Of a stretch of DNA of 64,000 bases, positions 37,474 through 46,209 are shown piece after piece. This DNA is from an uncultured Bacteroidota bacterium. Lineage in GTDB: Bacteria > Bacteroidota > Bacteroidia > 2-12-FULL-35-15. Below the pieces are notes generated by a model. That model worked only from the letters and a program-made list of their open reading frames with translations, had not been told where the DNA came from and made no database searches. Within the stretch, counting starts at the first letter, position 1. Each line of letters begins with the position of its first letter. Position numbers and translations under genes: made by a program. Where the stretch lies: positions 71,614-135,613 of the forward strand of contig CAIYIS010000007.1 in assembly GCA_903926385.1 (NCBI GenBank). The letters run 5' to 3'.

Positions 37474-40437
37474 ATGAGGTTGCTTCTACATATATTTTCA
37501 GCTGGTGCTAAGCAGGTTTATTTTCGACTTGTTTTGTTAGTTGCTTTTTTATGTGTTGCTAATCCCTTCGTTTCTTTTGCTCAGCGGCCCGACCCGATAT
37601 TAAAACCCGGACAATACCTTCCTCGTCTTACGGGATTATATTCCAGCAAACAAAGTCTCCCTTCTCCAAATAATACGGATGATACAGAGAATTATTTTCC
37701 TGAAAAATTTCCTTTGGATAAAAATCATTGCAAAGAAGATATTAGCAAACGTACGCCTACATCGAGAACATACAAGTCGGATGATGGGCAAATAGTGGTG
37801 GAAAATTCGCTTGCAAACATAAATTATTATGATAAGAATAAAGAGTTGCAGCCACTCACTCCCAATTTATATCCTGCATTAAACGGATGGATGGGCAAGT
37901 GTCAAGAGTTTCCTACTTATCTTCATCCTGATGGAAGTACCGAACTGACTTTATACGAGCATACATTTTCTTTTAATAAAAATTGCCGAATAAATAATCA
38001 GCCAATTAATATGACTGATTACACGGTAGGAGTAGAGGGTATGTATGCTCATGAGGTTTATCCTTCAGTTGATAAAAAAATCGTGTTTTTTGAAAATATG
38101 ATAGAAACCGATTACATCATTCAACAGCCCGTTGCTAGTAACGGACAGGACATTGTTTTTTCGGAAGAAATTAATTTGCCTGCCGGATATACTATTGTAA
38201 AAAATCCAAAACCTGTGCAGTTTAGAAAAGAAGGAGTGCCGATGGTGAACGATGATGAGTTGGATGAATACATAGTGGTGGATGCAGAAAAACGAGTGCA
38301 ATCGCAATTAAAGACTCCTGTTTATTATGATAAAAAATATAAATCGATAGCAGGTAAATATGAAGTAGTAACGGAGAATAACAAGACCATTCTGAAATAT
38401 GTTGTGCCTGCATCGTGGCTAAATGATGCATCAAGAGTATATCCGGTAACTATCGACCCTGTGGTATTTGGCCCGTATTCATGGTATCCTCCTCAGTTTG
38501 GTCCTTACAGTTATCCTACAGGTTGGTTACCGAGTTGTCAGGCTCCTAACTGGTCATCCGATAGTATGCTTATTACTATTCCTGCCAATGTTACTGTAAC
38601 ACATTTGATAACTTGGGATAGTTATTATGCGGATATGGTAAATGGAATTTTGATGGTATGGGGAGCTATGTACTTGCATTCGCCTTGTGGCACAACACCT
38701 GTGTTTGTTGCCGGTGGAGTAGGGGCCGACTCCTCCGGATATGCTTACCTGGATAGTTTCAATTTGGCAACCTGGGTTGGTTGTTGTTTTCCTCCATCGT
38801 GTAGCCCTCAATCATTTTATTTATCTCACCATTTTCAGCGCATTGCTATGTTGGGGCCTGGTTGCAATTTAACTATGGTTGGTTATAGTCCGGCAAGTCC
38901 ATGGAAATTTCATTGTTTCTTTATTGGGCGAACAGTAGAAACCTCTCAAAGTAATGGATGGTTTCTGTTTCCTTCTCCGGTGTGTTCGGACACCTGTAAT
39001 GTCAAGTTGAGAGTTATTAGTAATTATGGCGTACCTCCTTATACGCTCACACATCCGTGGGCTGCCGGAAGCTTGACGTACGGCACTGCAACAGGTGGAT
39101 GCAATAGTCACGGAACAGACACAATATCGCTTACCATTCCCGGATGTCCTACGTATTGTGGTGTTAATTCTACATTGAGTGTTCCTCCGCCCCATATCAC
39201 AGATGTTTGTGGAGATACAGTGGCGGGGCTTTCGCCTAAAAATATTACCATTCATCCTGCACCCGATGCACAAGCCAGCAATGTTACTGTTTGTGCAGGT
39301 ATGCCCATAAGTATTGCTGTTACATCGTGTGTGCCCACAGCCACATTTATATGGACAGGTAGCGATGCCAGCAGCGGTACAGGAAATATTTCGAATACTA
39401 ATACTGCTGTGCCAGGAGTTATTACATACACCGCTACACCAACAGCCAATGGATGTGCAGGCGCTCCTGCTATAGTTACCGCCACCATAGCCAATCAGCC
39501 AACGGCATCTCTTGTGGCTTCGGGCAATTTTATATGCGGAGGAATTCCGATTACCATTACCGGTTCGGGTGGGCCGCCTTATCAGTGGAGTGGAGGAAGC
39601 ACCGCCACTACAGCTTCAATCACTGTTACTCCAATGCTTACTACTGCTTATTATTTAACGGTAGGTTCGGGCAGTTGTACCGATTCGGCTAGTGTTATTA
39701 TTCAGGTCGATTCAATGCCTTTGCCTACTGTGGCCGGAAATCAGGTTATTTGCGAAGGGCAGAGTACTACTTTGGTTGCTACTGGTGCATCCACTTATTT
39801 ATGGAGTGGAGGTGTAAACAGTACTAATGCAACTGTTACTGTTTCGCCAGTATTAACCACTACTTATTATGTTACTGGTACTACTTCTTGCGGAAGTTCT
39901 ATAGATACTGCTGTGGTTACGGTTAATCCTATACCCAATGTTTACACCGGAAATACAGATACTACCATCACTGCAGGAATTACTTTGCAGTTGAGCAGTT
40001 TTGGTGGTAACTCTTATATATGGAGCGGAGATGGTTTGTCGTGTTCAGCTTGTCCCGACCCCATTGCACAGCCTCTAACCACTACTACGTACACATTAAC
40101 AGGAACCGATTTGAACGGATGTTCTTCTACCGATTACTTTACGGTTACCGTATTGCCGGGAGAAGATATTTTATATATACCGAATACTATTACCCCTGAC
40201 GAGAATGATAAAAACGATGTTTTTTATGCCTATGGCATCAACATAAAACATTTGCAAATGCAGGTGTTCGACCGTTGGGGAGAACTTATTTTTGAAAGTA
40301 ATGATAAATCAATTGGCTGGAATGGTATGCAAAACGGGGATTATGTGGGTATGGGGGTGTACGTTTATGTTATTCGTTGCGACTTTAACGATGGCACCAG
40401 TGTGAAACGAATTGGAAATATTAATGTGATTTATTAG
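37474..40437 (+). CDS. large secreted adhesin-like protein with T9SS type B C-terminal domain
   Basis: Signal peptide MRLLLHIFSAGAKQVYFRLVLLVAFLCVANPFVSFAQ. Repeated ~75-aa Cys-containing Ig-like units (..CxG..xxLxAxGAxxYxWSxG..). C-terminal ITPDENDKNDVF...FDRWGELIFES...GWNG...GVYVYVI type B CTD. Confidence 0.75.
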   Translation: MRLLLHIFSAGAKQVYFRLVLLVAFLCVANPFVSFAQRPDPILKPGQYLPRLTGLYSSKQSLPSPNNTDDTENYFPEKFPLDKNHCKEDISKRTPTSRTYKSDDGQIVVENSLANINYYDKNKELQPLTPNLYPALNGWMGKCQEFPTYLHPDGSTELTLYEHTFSFNKNCRINNQPINMTDYTVGVEGMYAHEVYPSVDKKIVFFENMIETDYIIQQPVASNGQDIVFSEEINLPAGYTIVKNPKPVQFRKEGVPMVNDDELDEYIVVDAEKRVQSQLKTPVYYDKKYKSIAGKYEVVTENNKTILKYVVPASWLNDASRVYPVTIDPVVFGPYSWYPPQFGPYSYPTGWLPSCQAPNWSSDSMLITIPANVTVTHLITWDSYYADMVNGILMVWGAMYLHSPCGTTPVFVAGGVGADSSGYAYLDSFNLATWVGCCFPPSCSPQSFYLSHHFQRIAMLGPGCNLTMVGYSPASPWKFHCFFIGRTVETSQSNGWFLFPSPVCSDTCNVKLRVISNYGVPPYTLTHPWAAGSLTYGTATGGCNSHGTDTISLTIPGCPTYCGVNSTLSVPPPHITDVCGDTVAGLSPKNITIHPAPDAQASNVTVCAGMPISIAVTSCVPTATFIWTGSDASSGTGNISNTNTAVPGVITYTATPTANGCAGAPAIVTATIANQPTASLVASGNFICGGIPITITGSGGPPYQWSGGSTATTASITVTPMLTTAYYLTVGSGSCTDSASVIIQVDSMPLPTVAGNQVICEGQSTTLVATGASTYLWSGGVNSTNATVTVSPVLTTTYYVTGTTSCGSSIDTAVVTVNPIPNVYTGNTDTTITAGITLQLSSFGGNSYIWSGDGLSCSACPDPIAQPLTTTTYTLTGTDLNGCSSTDYFTVTVLPGEDILYIPNTITPDENDKNDVFYAYGINIKHLQMQVFDRWGELIFESNDKSIGWNGMQNGDYVGMGVYVYVIRCDFNDGTSVKRIGNINVIY

Positions 40438-40502
40438 TGCATTGGTTCGATTGATCAATGGTTAATTAGTTTCCTACCTATTCCTAATCTTATAATCTTC
40501 TG

Positions 40503-40662
40503 AACGCCTCACCCCTGAACTAGCACACAATCCGGCTCAAACAGCCACAGGCTGTTTGCCCTTCCCTCTCCAAAGGAGAGGGGGCGAAGCTTAGTGAAAC
40601 ATGAATTTTGTTTATAATTAGGCTCCCCTCTCTTTTGGAGAAGGGCCGTGGGTGAGGCGTTT
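40503..40662. repeat. ~160-bp highly structured palindromic element with terminal inverted repeats (MITE/REP-like)
   Basis: Outer inverted repeat GAACGCCTCACCCC ... GGGTGAGGCGTT encloses the hairpins AAACAGCC-aca-GGCTGTTT and CCCTCTCC-aaa-GGAGAGGG, the same motifs as at 3870-4050. Confidence 0.5.
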
Positions 40663-40740
40663 TGTTATTTATAAATAATGTTAAGGATGGGTGCAATTAG
40701 TATAGTTGTTTCTCCTTCCCCAATTTTCTTCCTTTATTAA

Positions 40741-41097
40741 TTAGTATGCTCTGAACAGCGATTCCAAAGGGATGTTTAGTTTTTCGTGCAAATTACGAAT
40801 CATATTAATGGATAGTTTACGCTTGCGGTTTAATATCTCGCTTACTCTGTTTCTTGAACCAATGATATTAGTGAGGTCTTTTGCCTCGTAACCCAATTGT
40901 TCCATTCTAAATTTAATCGCTTCAATTGGGTCAGGAGCATCTATGGGGTAATGCTCATCTTCATATTTTTCAATCAAAATACCAAGAATCTCTAATTCGT
41001 TTCCTTCCTTAGTTCCGGGACGAGAATCGAATATTTCTTCCAAACGGAGCAATGCTTGTTTATAATCTTTTGCCGATTTTATGGGTTTAATGTTCAT
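40741..41097 (-). CDS. higA: type II antitoxin HigA (XRE-family HTH)
   Basis: 118 aa. The HigA-like N-terminal region MNIKPIKSAKDYKQALLRLEEI and HTH region LGYEAKDLTNIIGSRNRVSEILNRKRKLSINMIRNL. It lies directly downstream of a HigB-like toxin. Confidence 0.7.
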   Translation of the reverse strand: MNIKPIKSAKDYKQALLRLEEIFDSRPGTKEGNELEILGILIEKYEDEHYPIDAPDPIEAIKFRMEQLGYEAKDLTNIIGSRNRVSEILNRKRKLSINMIRNLHEKLNIPLESLFRAY

Positions 41098-41108
41098 CTG
41101 TTGAATTA

Positions 41109-41423
41109 TTAAATTGTGTTAGCGTCTATCCTGTTGTAAGCAGCATGTGTTCCCACAAACCGAATCCAAACCATTTTATATTTATAATTTATCTTTACTA
41201 TTAAACGATACGAATTGCCTTTAATATTAAATACAACCCTGTTGTTGGCCAAAAAGCTTGCACTCGGATAATTTATTTTTATATCTTTTGTGGAACGCCA
41301 ATCAGCAGTGTTCGTTTCGTCATACCAAGCCTTTAATTGCTGTTCGCTATCGGCATGTTTTTCCCAAAACTCCTTCAATGTTTTTTTTGCAATAACTCTC
41401 AATGTCTTTTTATATGGGTACAA
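41109..41423 (-). CDS. higB: type II toxin HigB (RelE/ParE superfamily mRNA interferase)
   Basis: 104 aa. ..KTLKEFWEKHADSEQQLKAWYDE....NYRLIVKINYKYKMVWIRFVGTHAAYNRIDANTI matches the HigB family. Toxin-first order with an 11-bp gap to higA. Confidence 0.75.
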   Translation of the reverse strand: MYPYKKTLRVIAKKTLKEFWEKHADSEQQLKAWYDETNTADWRSTKDIKINYPSASFLANNRVVFNIKGNSYRLIVKINYKYKMVWIRFVGTHAAYNRIDANTI

Positions 41424-41910
41424 ATGTACGAATCGTTTTTTAGGAATGTTCCCAAATGGGGAACTTTATTTTTAAGAGGTGTTTTTTGTTTATTACTTTT
41501 TTCATCTTATCCGTGATGTAAAATATTTTTATCATAAATTAACCAACCAAATAAATTATTTTGTATTTTTGAACCATCCTATTCAACTGACAGCAAAAGC
41601 TTAAGTCGATTGAGGCGAAATGGTAATTCTATTATTTTTTAGATTTTGTTGGTTTTTTGTTAGGTTAAAATAAAAGAGTGCGCTGATTTGTATGATTGTT
41701 TAGGATAAAAAATGATTGCTTATAATACAATTGGAATTAGGAAGAAAATGAGATAGAATAGTATGATCGAATTTATGATAAAGTGGTTTGCACATGCGTA
41801 CTTCTCTTTATGCACAACATCATTTTTTATCATCACTTCAATCATAAATCATTTTCAATTCTTACCTATCATAATTATCAGCGTACCATTTTTCGAATCA
41901 ACAGAAAATT

Positions 41911-42627
41911 TTGTATAACTTCAATTTTTATAGTATGAAAACAAAACGCTATTTAACCAGCACTAAAACACGCAGAAGTATTGTCCGTAAAAGTTACAAG
42001 TCCGGAAAAAAACAAAAAAAGATACTGATTTTATTGAGCACAACCACCGTAATTCATACGGTTATCGGTTTGCTGAAAATGCCCAGAACAGTGGCTGCAA
42101 AAGGTGTTCGGGCTTCCGAAATTTCAAGGGCTGTGGCAGCAAGCACACGAGTGACTACTTCGGCAGCAGTAATAACTGCACTCAATCAAAAAATTAATAC
42201 CTATACTAAAGCCACTCCAAAAACTCGGCCTGCAGCAGAACTAGCCATGATGAAAGCTCTCAATTCTATTCTTCGTAATTATCAAACTACAGCAGATAAC
42301 GACCCTGAAAATGCTTTGGACATATTTGCTTCCGGAACATTTGGAACTAAAGGGTATGGAGGACGCACTCAACAAGAATTTAAAGTGAAAAATTCTACGG
42401 TAACTGGCTCAGTTACTCTAGTGGCTAAAGGAGGTGGAAACTATTGTTGTCATGTTTGGAAGTATTCTCTGGATGGAGAGAACTGGAATTGGATAATGCC
42501 TACCATTAAAGCTAAAGCTACTATCGAAGACCTTCCAGAAGGGCAAACTGTTTATTTTACTCACGAGTTAGTTACCGGAAAAGGGCCACAAGGTGTAAGT
42601 CAAATATTCAAATTAGTGATAGGCTGA
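41911..42627 (+). CDS. hypothetical protein
   Basis: 238 aa; basic N-terminus, one hydrophobic segment, no recognisable motifs. Start may be at MKTKRYL (41935). Confidence 0.4.
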   Translation: MYNFNFYSMKTKRYLTSTKTRRSIVRKSYKSGKKQKKILILLSTTTVIHTVIGLLKMPRTVAAKGVRASEISRAVAASTRVTTSAAVITALNQKINTYTKATPKTRPAAELAMMKALNSILRNYQTTADNDPENALDIFASGTFGTKGYGGRTQQEFKVKNSTVTGSVTLVAKGGGNYCCHVWKYSLDGENWNWIMPTIKAKATIEDLPEGQTVYFTHELVTGKGPQGVSQIFKLVIG

Positions 42628-42689
42628 TTAGTAATTTGCTTTGCCAAGTATACAAAATACATAAGTAGTTGAGTAAAATGTACAACAAC

Positions 42690-42960
42690 TCACATTGTTG
42701 TTACAATAATTTCTCACATTGTTACAATATTATCTCACATTGTGAGGAGAATCTCTTACATTATTACAATAATCTCTCACATTCTTACAATAATGTCTTA
42801 CATTATTACGATAATGTCTCACATTGTTATAATAATCTCTAACATTATTACGAAAATTTCTTACATTGTTACAATAATTTATCACATTATTACGATAATG
42901 TCTTACATTATTACAACATTGCCTCTCATTATTACATTAATGTCTCACATCAATATAACA
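42690..42960. repeat. tandem array of about 13 copies of a 21-bp unit, each containing the palindrome ATTGT-n-ACAAT
   Basis: Units such as AATTTCTCACATTGTTACAAT, AATGTCTTACATTATTACGAT; the half-sites ATTGT/ACAAT are exact reverse complements. There are no unique spacers. Confidence 0.85.
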
Positions 42961-43045
42961 ACTCAGTATTCTGCTTAAACATAACAAGTTTAAAGGGGAA
43001 TTTCTTCGTCTGTTCTTACTGCCAATCAAATATTAAAAAGCTAAA

Positions 43046-43087
43046 GTGAAAAGGGAATAATGAATAGAAAGATAGTAAAGGAGTAAA
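43046..43087 (+). pseudogene. remnant of a T9SS type A CTD tail (..KGIMNRKIVKE*); left direct repeat of the PIN cassette
   Basis: AAGGGAATAATGAATAGAAAGATAGTAAAGGAGTAA is a 37-nt, 3-mismatch direct repeat of 43785-43821. Only 11 codons stay in frame before an upstream stop. Confidence 0.4.
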
Positions 43088-43098
43088 ATTTCTTTGCC

Positions 43099-43470
43099 TT
43101 ATTTTTCATAAAGCAAAACATCAATTTCATTTATTTTTTTAAAATCTTTATCTGCCGTAAGTAATGGTAATGAAAGATATTGTGCTGTGGCGGCAATAAT
43201 AGCATCAGGTAATTTCAATTTATTTTTAACGCGATGTGTGATTGCATTTTTTTTGATGGAAGGATTAATATCAATAATAATACAATCGTTTAATAATTCA
43301 GAAAGTTTATCTTTTTCATGCAAAGAATATTTTCTATACGACAATAATTCTAATTCGGTGATAAATGAAATGTAAACTGAGTTGGAATCGAGCAGAGAAA
43401 CTAATGCTTCGTCTTTATCGAGAAGGTAAATGAGAATATTTGTGTCAACAAAAATATTATTGCCATTCAT
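43099..43470 (-). CDS. vapC: PIN-domain toxin (VapC-like)
   Basis: 123 aa. Conserved acidic residues (FVDTN.., ..ELE.., ..TADKDF) in PIN order. Confidence 0.75.
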   Translation of the reverse strand: MNGNNIFVDTNILIYLLDKDEALVSLLDSNSVYISFITELELLSYRKYSLHEKDKLSELLNDCIIIDINPSIKKNAITHRVKNKLKLPDAIIAATAQYLSLPLLTADKDFKKINEIDVLLYEK

Positions 43471-43621
43471 CGCGCATTTGTTTTTGAATGGATAATGCGT
43501 CTTCAGAGAAGTGAATAGCTCCGGAATATTTTTTTGCGTTAAATACCCTTTTATTATTTCCAGATTTAAGGAATTTCTCTAAAATTCGCTTGCTTGTTTT
43601 TTTATTAATGACCAATACCAT
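43457..43621 (-). CDS. putative small antitoxin partnered with the PIN toxin
   Basis: 54-aa ORF (MVLVINKKTSKRILEKFLKSG...MRDEWQ), too short for the ORF track. Its TAA stop overlaps the PIN ATG (..GATGAATGGCAATAA), the classic toxin-antitoxin arrangement. Confidence 0.5.
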   Translation of the reverse strand: MVLVINKKTSKRILEKFLKSGNNKRVFNAKKYSGAIHFSEDALSIQKQMRDEWQ

Positions 43622-43740
43622 ACTACTATTTTTTTTGTAAAAGTACGAAAAAGAAAAATACTACTATTAAAATAGTGAACCTATTTGGAGAATGCATCCA
43701 ACAACTAACAACCAACAACCAACAACTTACCCTTGATATG

Positions 43741-43824
43741 AGCGGTATGGCAAAGGGAGTTTATTTTTTAACAGTAAATAGCAAGAAGGGAATAGTGAAT
43801 AGAAAAATAGTGAAGGAGTAAGGA
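43741..43824 (+). pseudogene. C-terminal fragment of a T9SS type A sorting domain (..LTLDMSGMAKGVYFLTVNSKKGIVNRKIVKE*); right direct repeat of the cassette
   Basis: In-frame Por_Secre_tail-like tail of about 35 aa. Its stop is followed by a strong terminator, but there is no upstream ORF body (the frame opens only after a stop at ~43690). Confidence 0.5.
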
Positions 43825-43861
43825 TGCAAGGAATATCCATAGTTAAAGAATAAAGAAAAGG

Positions 43862-43893
43862 CCTCCGAACAAAATAGTTCGGAGTTTTTTTTG
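43862..43893 (+). terminator. rho-independent terminator
   Basis: CTCCGAAC-aaaatag-(t)TCGGAG stem plus T8. Confidence 0.55.
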
Positions 43894-43945
43894 TTTTATA
43901 CGGCCCCGATGAAGCAAAATATGCCTTGTATCTGAAAAAAAAGAG

Positions 43946-43953
43946 TACTTTTG
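43946..43953 (+). promoter_or_regulatory. putative -7 promoter element TACTTTTG upstream of tig
   Basis: Matches the TAnnTTTG consensus about 45 nt upstream of the tig start. Confidence 0.3.
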
Positions 43954-43996
43954 TGCTCCTTAAAAAAAATTAAAGAAAAATTACCAAAAACAAATT

Positions 43997-45349
43997 TTGA
44001 AAATGAATATTATTCAGGAGAACATTGACGAGTTAAATGCAGTATTGAAAGTGGAAGTATCGGCCGAAGATTATCTGCCGCAAGTAAAATCGGTATTGAA
44101 AAATTATCAGAAAAAAGCCAGTATACCAGGGTTTCGTCCCGGTAAAGTACCTGCAGGATTGATAGAAAAACAATACGGAAAAGGAATAAAAGTGGATGAG
44201 ATTCAAAAACTGTTGAGCGATTCATTGATTCAATATATGACAGAAAAAAAACTGAATGTATTGGGAAGTCCGTTGCCTAAAGAAGGTACCGAAAACACTA
44301 TTGACTGGGATGGAAGTAATTTCGAATTTTATTATGAATTAGGTCTTTCGCCTGAGTTTTCGGTAGAAATTACACCGAAAGATAAATTGGTTTTTCAAAC
44401 CTTGAAAATAGATGATGCTTTGTTAAACAAAAACATTGAAAGCATCACCAAACGTTACGGAAAAGTACAACCTCAGGAATCGGTAAGTGCTGATGATTTA
44501 TTGTATGGAGAATTTGTTCAGCTAAACGATGCAGGTGAAGTGGTAGAAGGCGGAATTAACAAAGCAGGTTCTTTGTTTCTTGACAAATTAGTGGATGACG
44601 ATACCAAAAAAATGTTGTTGGGTAAAAAAGCGGGCGACCAAGTAGTGATTCATTCTACTAAACTTTCGGCAAACAAAACCGACCTTGCAGCAATGCTGGG
44701 AATTGAAAAAGGGATTGCCGAAATATTGAACTGCAATATTCAGTTCACCATTAAAGAAATTACACATATCGTTCCTGCCGAAATCAATCAGGAGTTTTTA
44801 GATAAAGTGTTCGGACCGGGTGTGGTTAATTCGGAAGAAGAATTCAGATTAAAAATAAAAGACGAACTTACGGAGAGTTATCTGAATGATAGCAATACCA
44901 AGTTTTATTACGATGCAATAGATTATTTAATGTCTAAAATAAATTTTAATTTGCCGGAGAAGTTTTTGAAACGTTACCTTACTTTTTCGAACAGAGATAA
45001 ATTTACACCTGATGAAGTTGAAAAGGATTTCAGTCAATATTCTATTGGAATGAAATGGCAGTTGATACAAAACAAACTGACTGATGAGTATAACATTAAT
45101 GTTACAGAAGAGGACATGGTTGATTACATCAAAAATAACATCATCCGTCAGTATGGAGCTCATTTGCTGGAGTCGATGGGAGATGAAGAGTTAACCAAAA
45201 CAGCAAAACGTGTGTTGGGTAACGAAGAGGAGGCTAAAAAAGTTCATGACGACCTTCTTGTTTATAAAATGAAAGAGCTTTTTAAATCAAAATTTACTTT
45301 GGAAAATCAGGAAGTAGATTATGATGTGTTTTTTGGTGTGAAAAAATAG
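43997..45349 (+). CDS. tig: trigger factor
   Basis: N-terminal ribosome-binding domain with the GFRPGKVP signature; the length and the tig-clpP-clpX gene order are conserved. Confidence 0.9.
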   Translation: MKMNIIQENIDELNAVLKVEVSAEDYLPQVKSVLKNYQKKASIPGFRPGKVPAGLIEKQYGKGIKVDEIQKLLSDSLIQYMTEKKLNVLGSPLPKEGTENTIDWDGSNFEFYYELGLSPEFSVEITPKDKLVFQTLKIDDALLNKNIESITKRYGKVQPQESVSADDLLYGEFVQLNDAGEVVEGGINKAGSLFLDKLVDDDTKKMLLGKKAGDQVVIHSTKLSANKTDLAAMLGIEKGIAEILNCNIQFTIKEITHIVPAEINQEFLDKVFGPGVVNSEEEFRLKIKDELTESYLNDSNTKFYYDAIDYLMSKINFNLPEKFLKRYLTFSNRDKFTPDEVEKDFSQYSIGMKWQLIQNKLTDEYNINVTEEDMVDYIKNNIIRQYGAHLLESMGDEELTKTAKRVLGNEEEAKKVHDDLLVYKMKELFKSKFTLENQEVDYDVFFGVKK

Positions 45350-45399
45350 AATTACCTTCGCATCGCAATCAAAGAAATTAAATTCTAAAATCTATATAT

Positions 45400-46074
45400 A
45401 TGTTCGACAATAATGAATTTCGCAAGTATGCTGTAAAGCACAAAGGAATCAGTGGAAGTACATTCGATTCTTATTCCCGTCACAACGTTACCAGTATGAC
45501 CCCTTACATCATTGAGGAGCGTCAGCTGAACGTAGCTCAGATGGACGTATTTTCGCGTTTGATGATGGACCGGATTATTTTTCTGGGAACAGGAATTGAC
45601 GATCAAGTAGCTAATATTATTCAGGCACAGCTATTGTTTTTACAATCAGTAGATGCTAAAAAAGACATTCAGATTTATTTGAACAGTCCGGGAGGCTCTG
45701 TTTATGCAGGTTTGGGGATTTATGATACCATGCAATATATTTCTCCTGATGTAGCTACCATTTGTACAGGTATGGCTGCTTCGATGGGAGCGGTATTGAT
45801 GTGTGCTGGTGCAAAAGGAAAACGAGCTGCTTTGAAACACGCTCGTGTAATGATTCATCAGCCAATGGGTGGAGCAGAAGGACAAGCATCGGATATCGAA
45901 ATCACAGCTAAGGAAATTCAAAAGTTGAAAAAAGAATTGTACGACATCATTGCTAAACACAGCGGACAAACGTATGAAAAAGTGTGGGCCGATAGCGACC
46001 GCGATTACTGGATGACTTCGGAAGAAGCCAAAGAATACGGTATGGTGGATGAGCTGTTGTTCAGAACAAAATAA
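45400..46074 (+). CDS. clpP: ATP-dependent Clp protease proteolytic subunit
   Basis: RIIFLG..., the TICTGMAASMGA (active-site Ser) and HQPMGG (His) motifs. Confidence 0.92.
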   Translation: MFDNNEFRKYAVKHKGISGSTFDSYSRHNVTSMTPYIIEERQLNVAQMDVFSRLMMDRIIFLGTGIDDQVANIIQAQLLFLQSVDAKKDIQIYLNSPGGSVYAGLGIYDTMQYISPDVATICTGMAASMGAVLMCAGAKGKRAALKHARVMIHQPMGGAEGQASDIEITAKEIQKLKKELYDIIAKHSGQTYEKVWADSDRDYWMTSEEAKEYGMVDELLFRTK

Positions 46075-46209
46075 ACAAAGCGTTTACTGAAAATAAAACG
46101 TAAAATTAAATGGTTATGGGCATTGCCGGTAGCCATTTAATTTTTTAACAAAATACCCGGAGCGAGTAGTTAATCATAAACCCCGATTTCTAAATCACTC
46201 AATTAAAAA

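Noticed and set aside
38065-39692. Minus- and plus-strand Cys/Arg/His-rich ORFs inside 37474-40437
   Set aside because: They are antisense or out-of-frame within the T9SS adhesin gene, and none has an independent start context.
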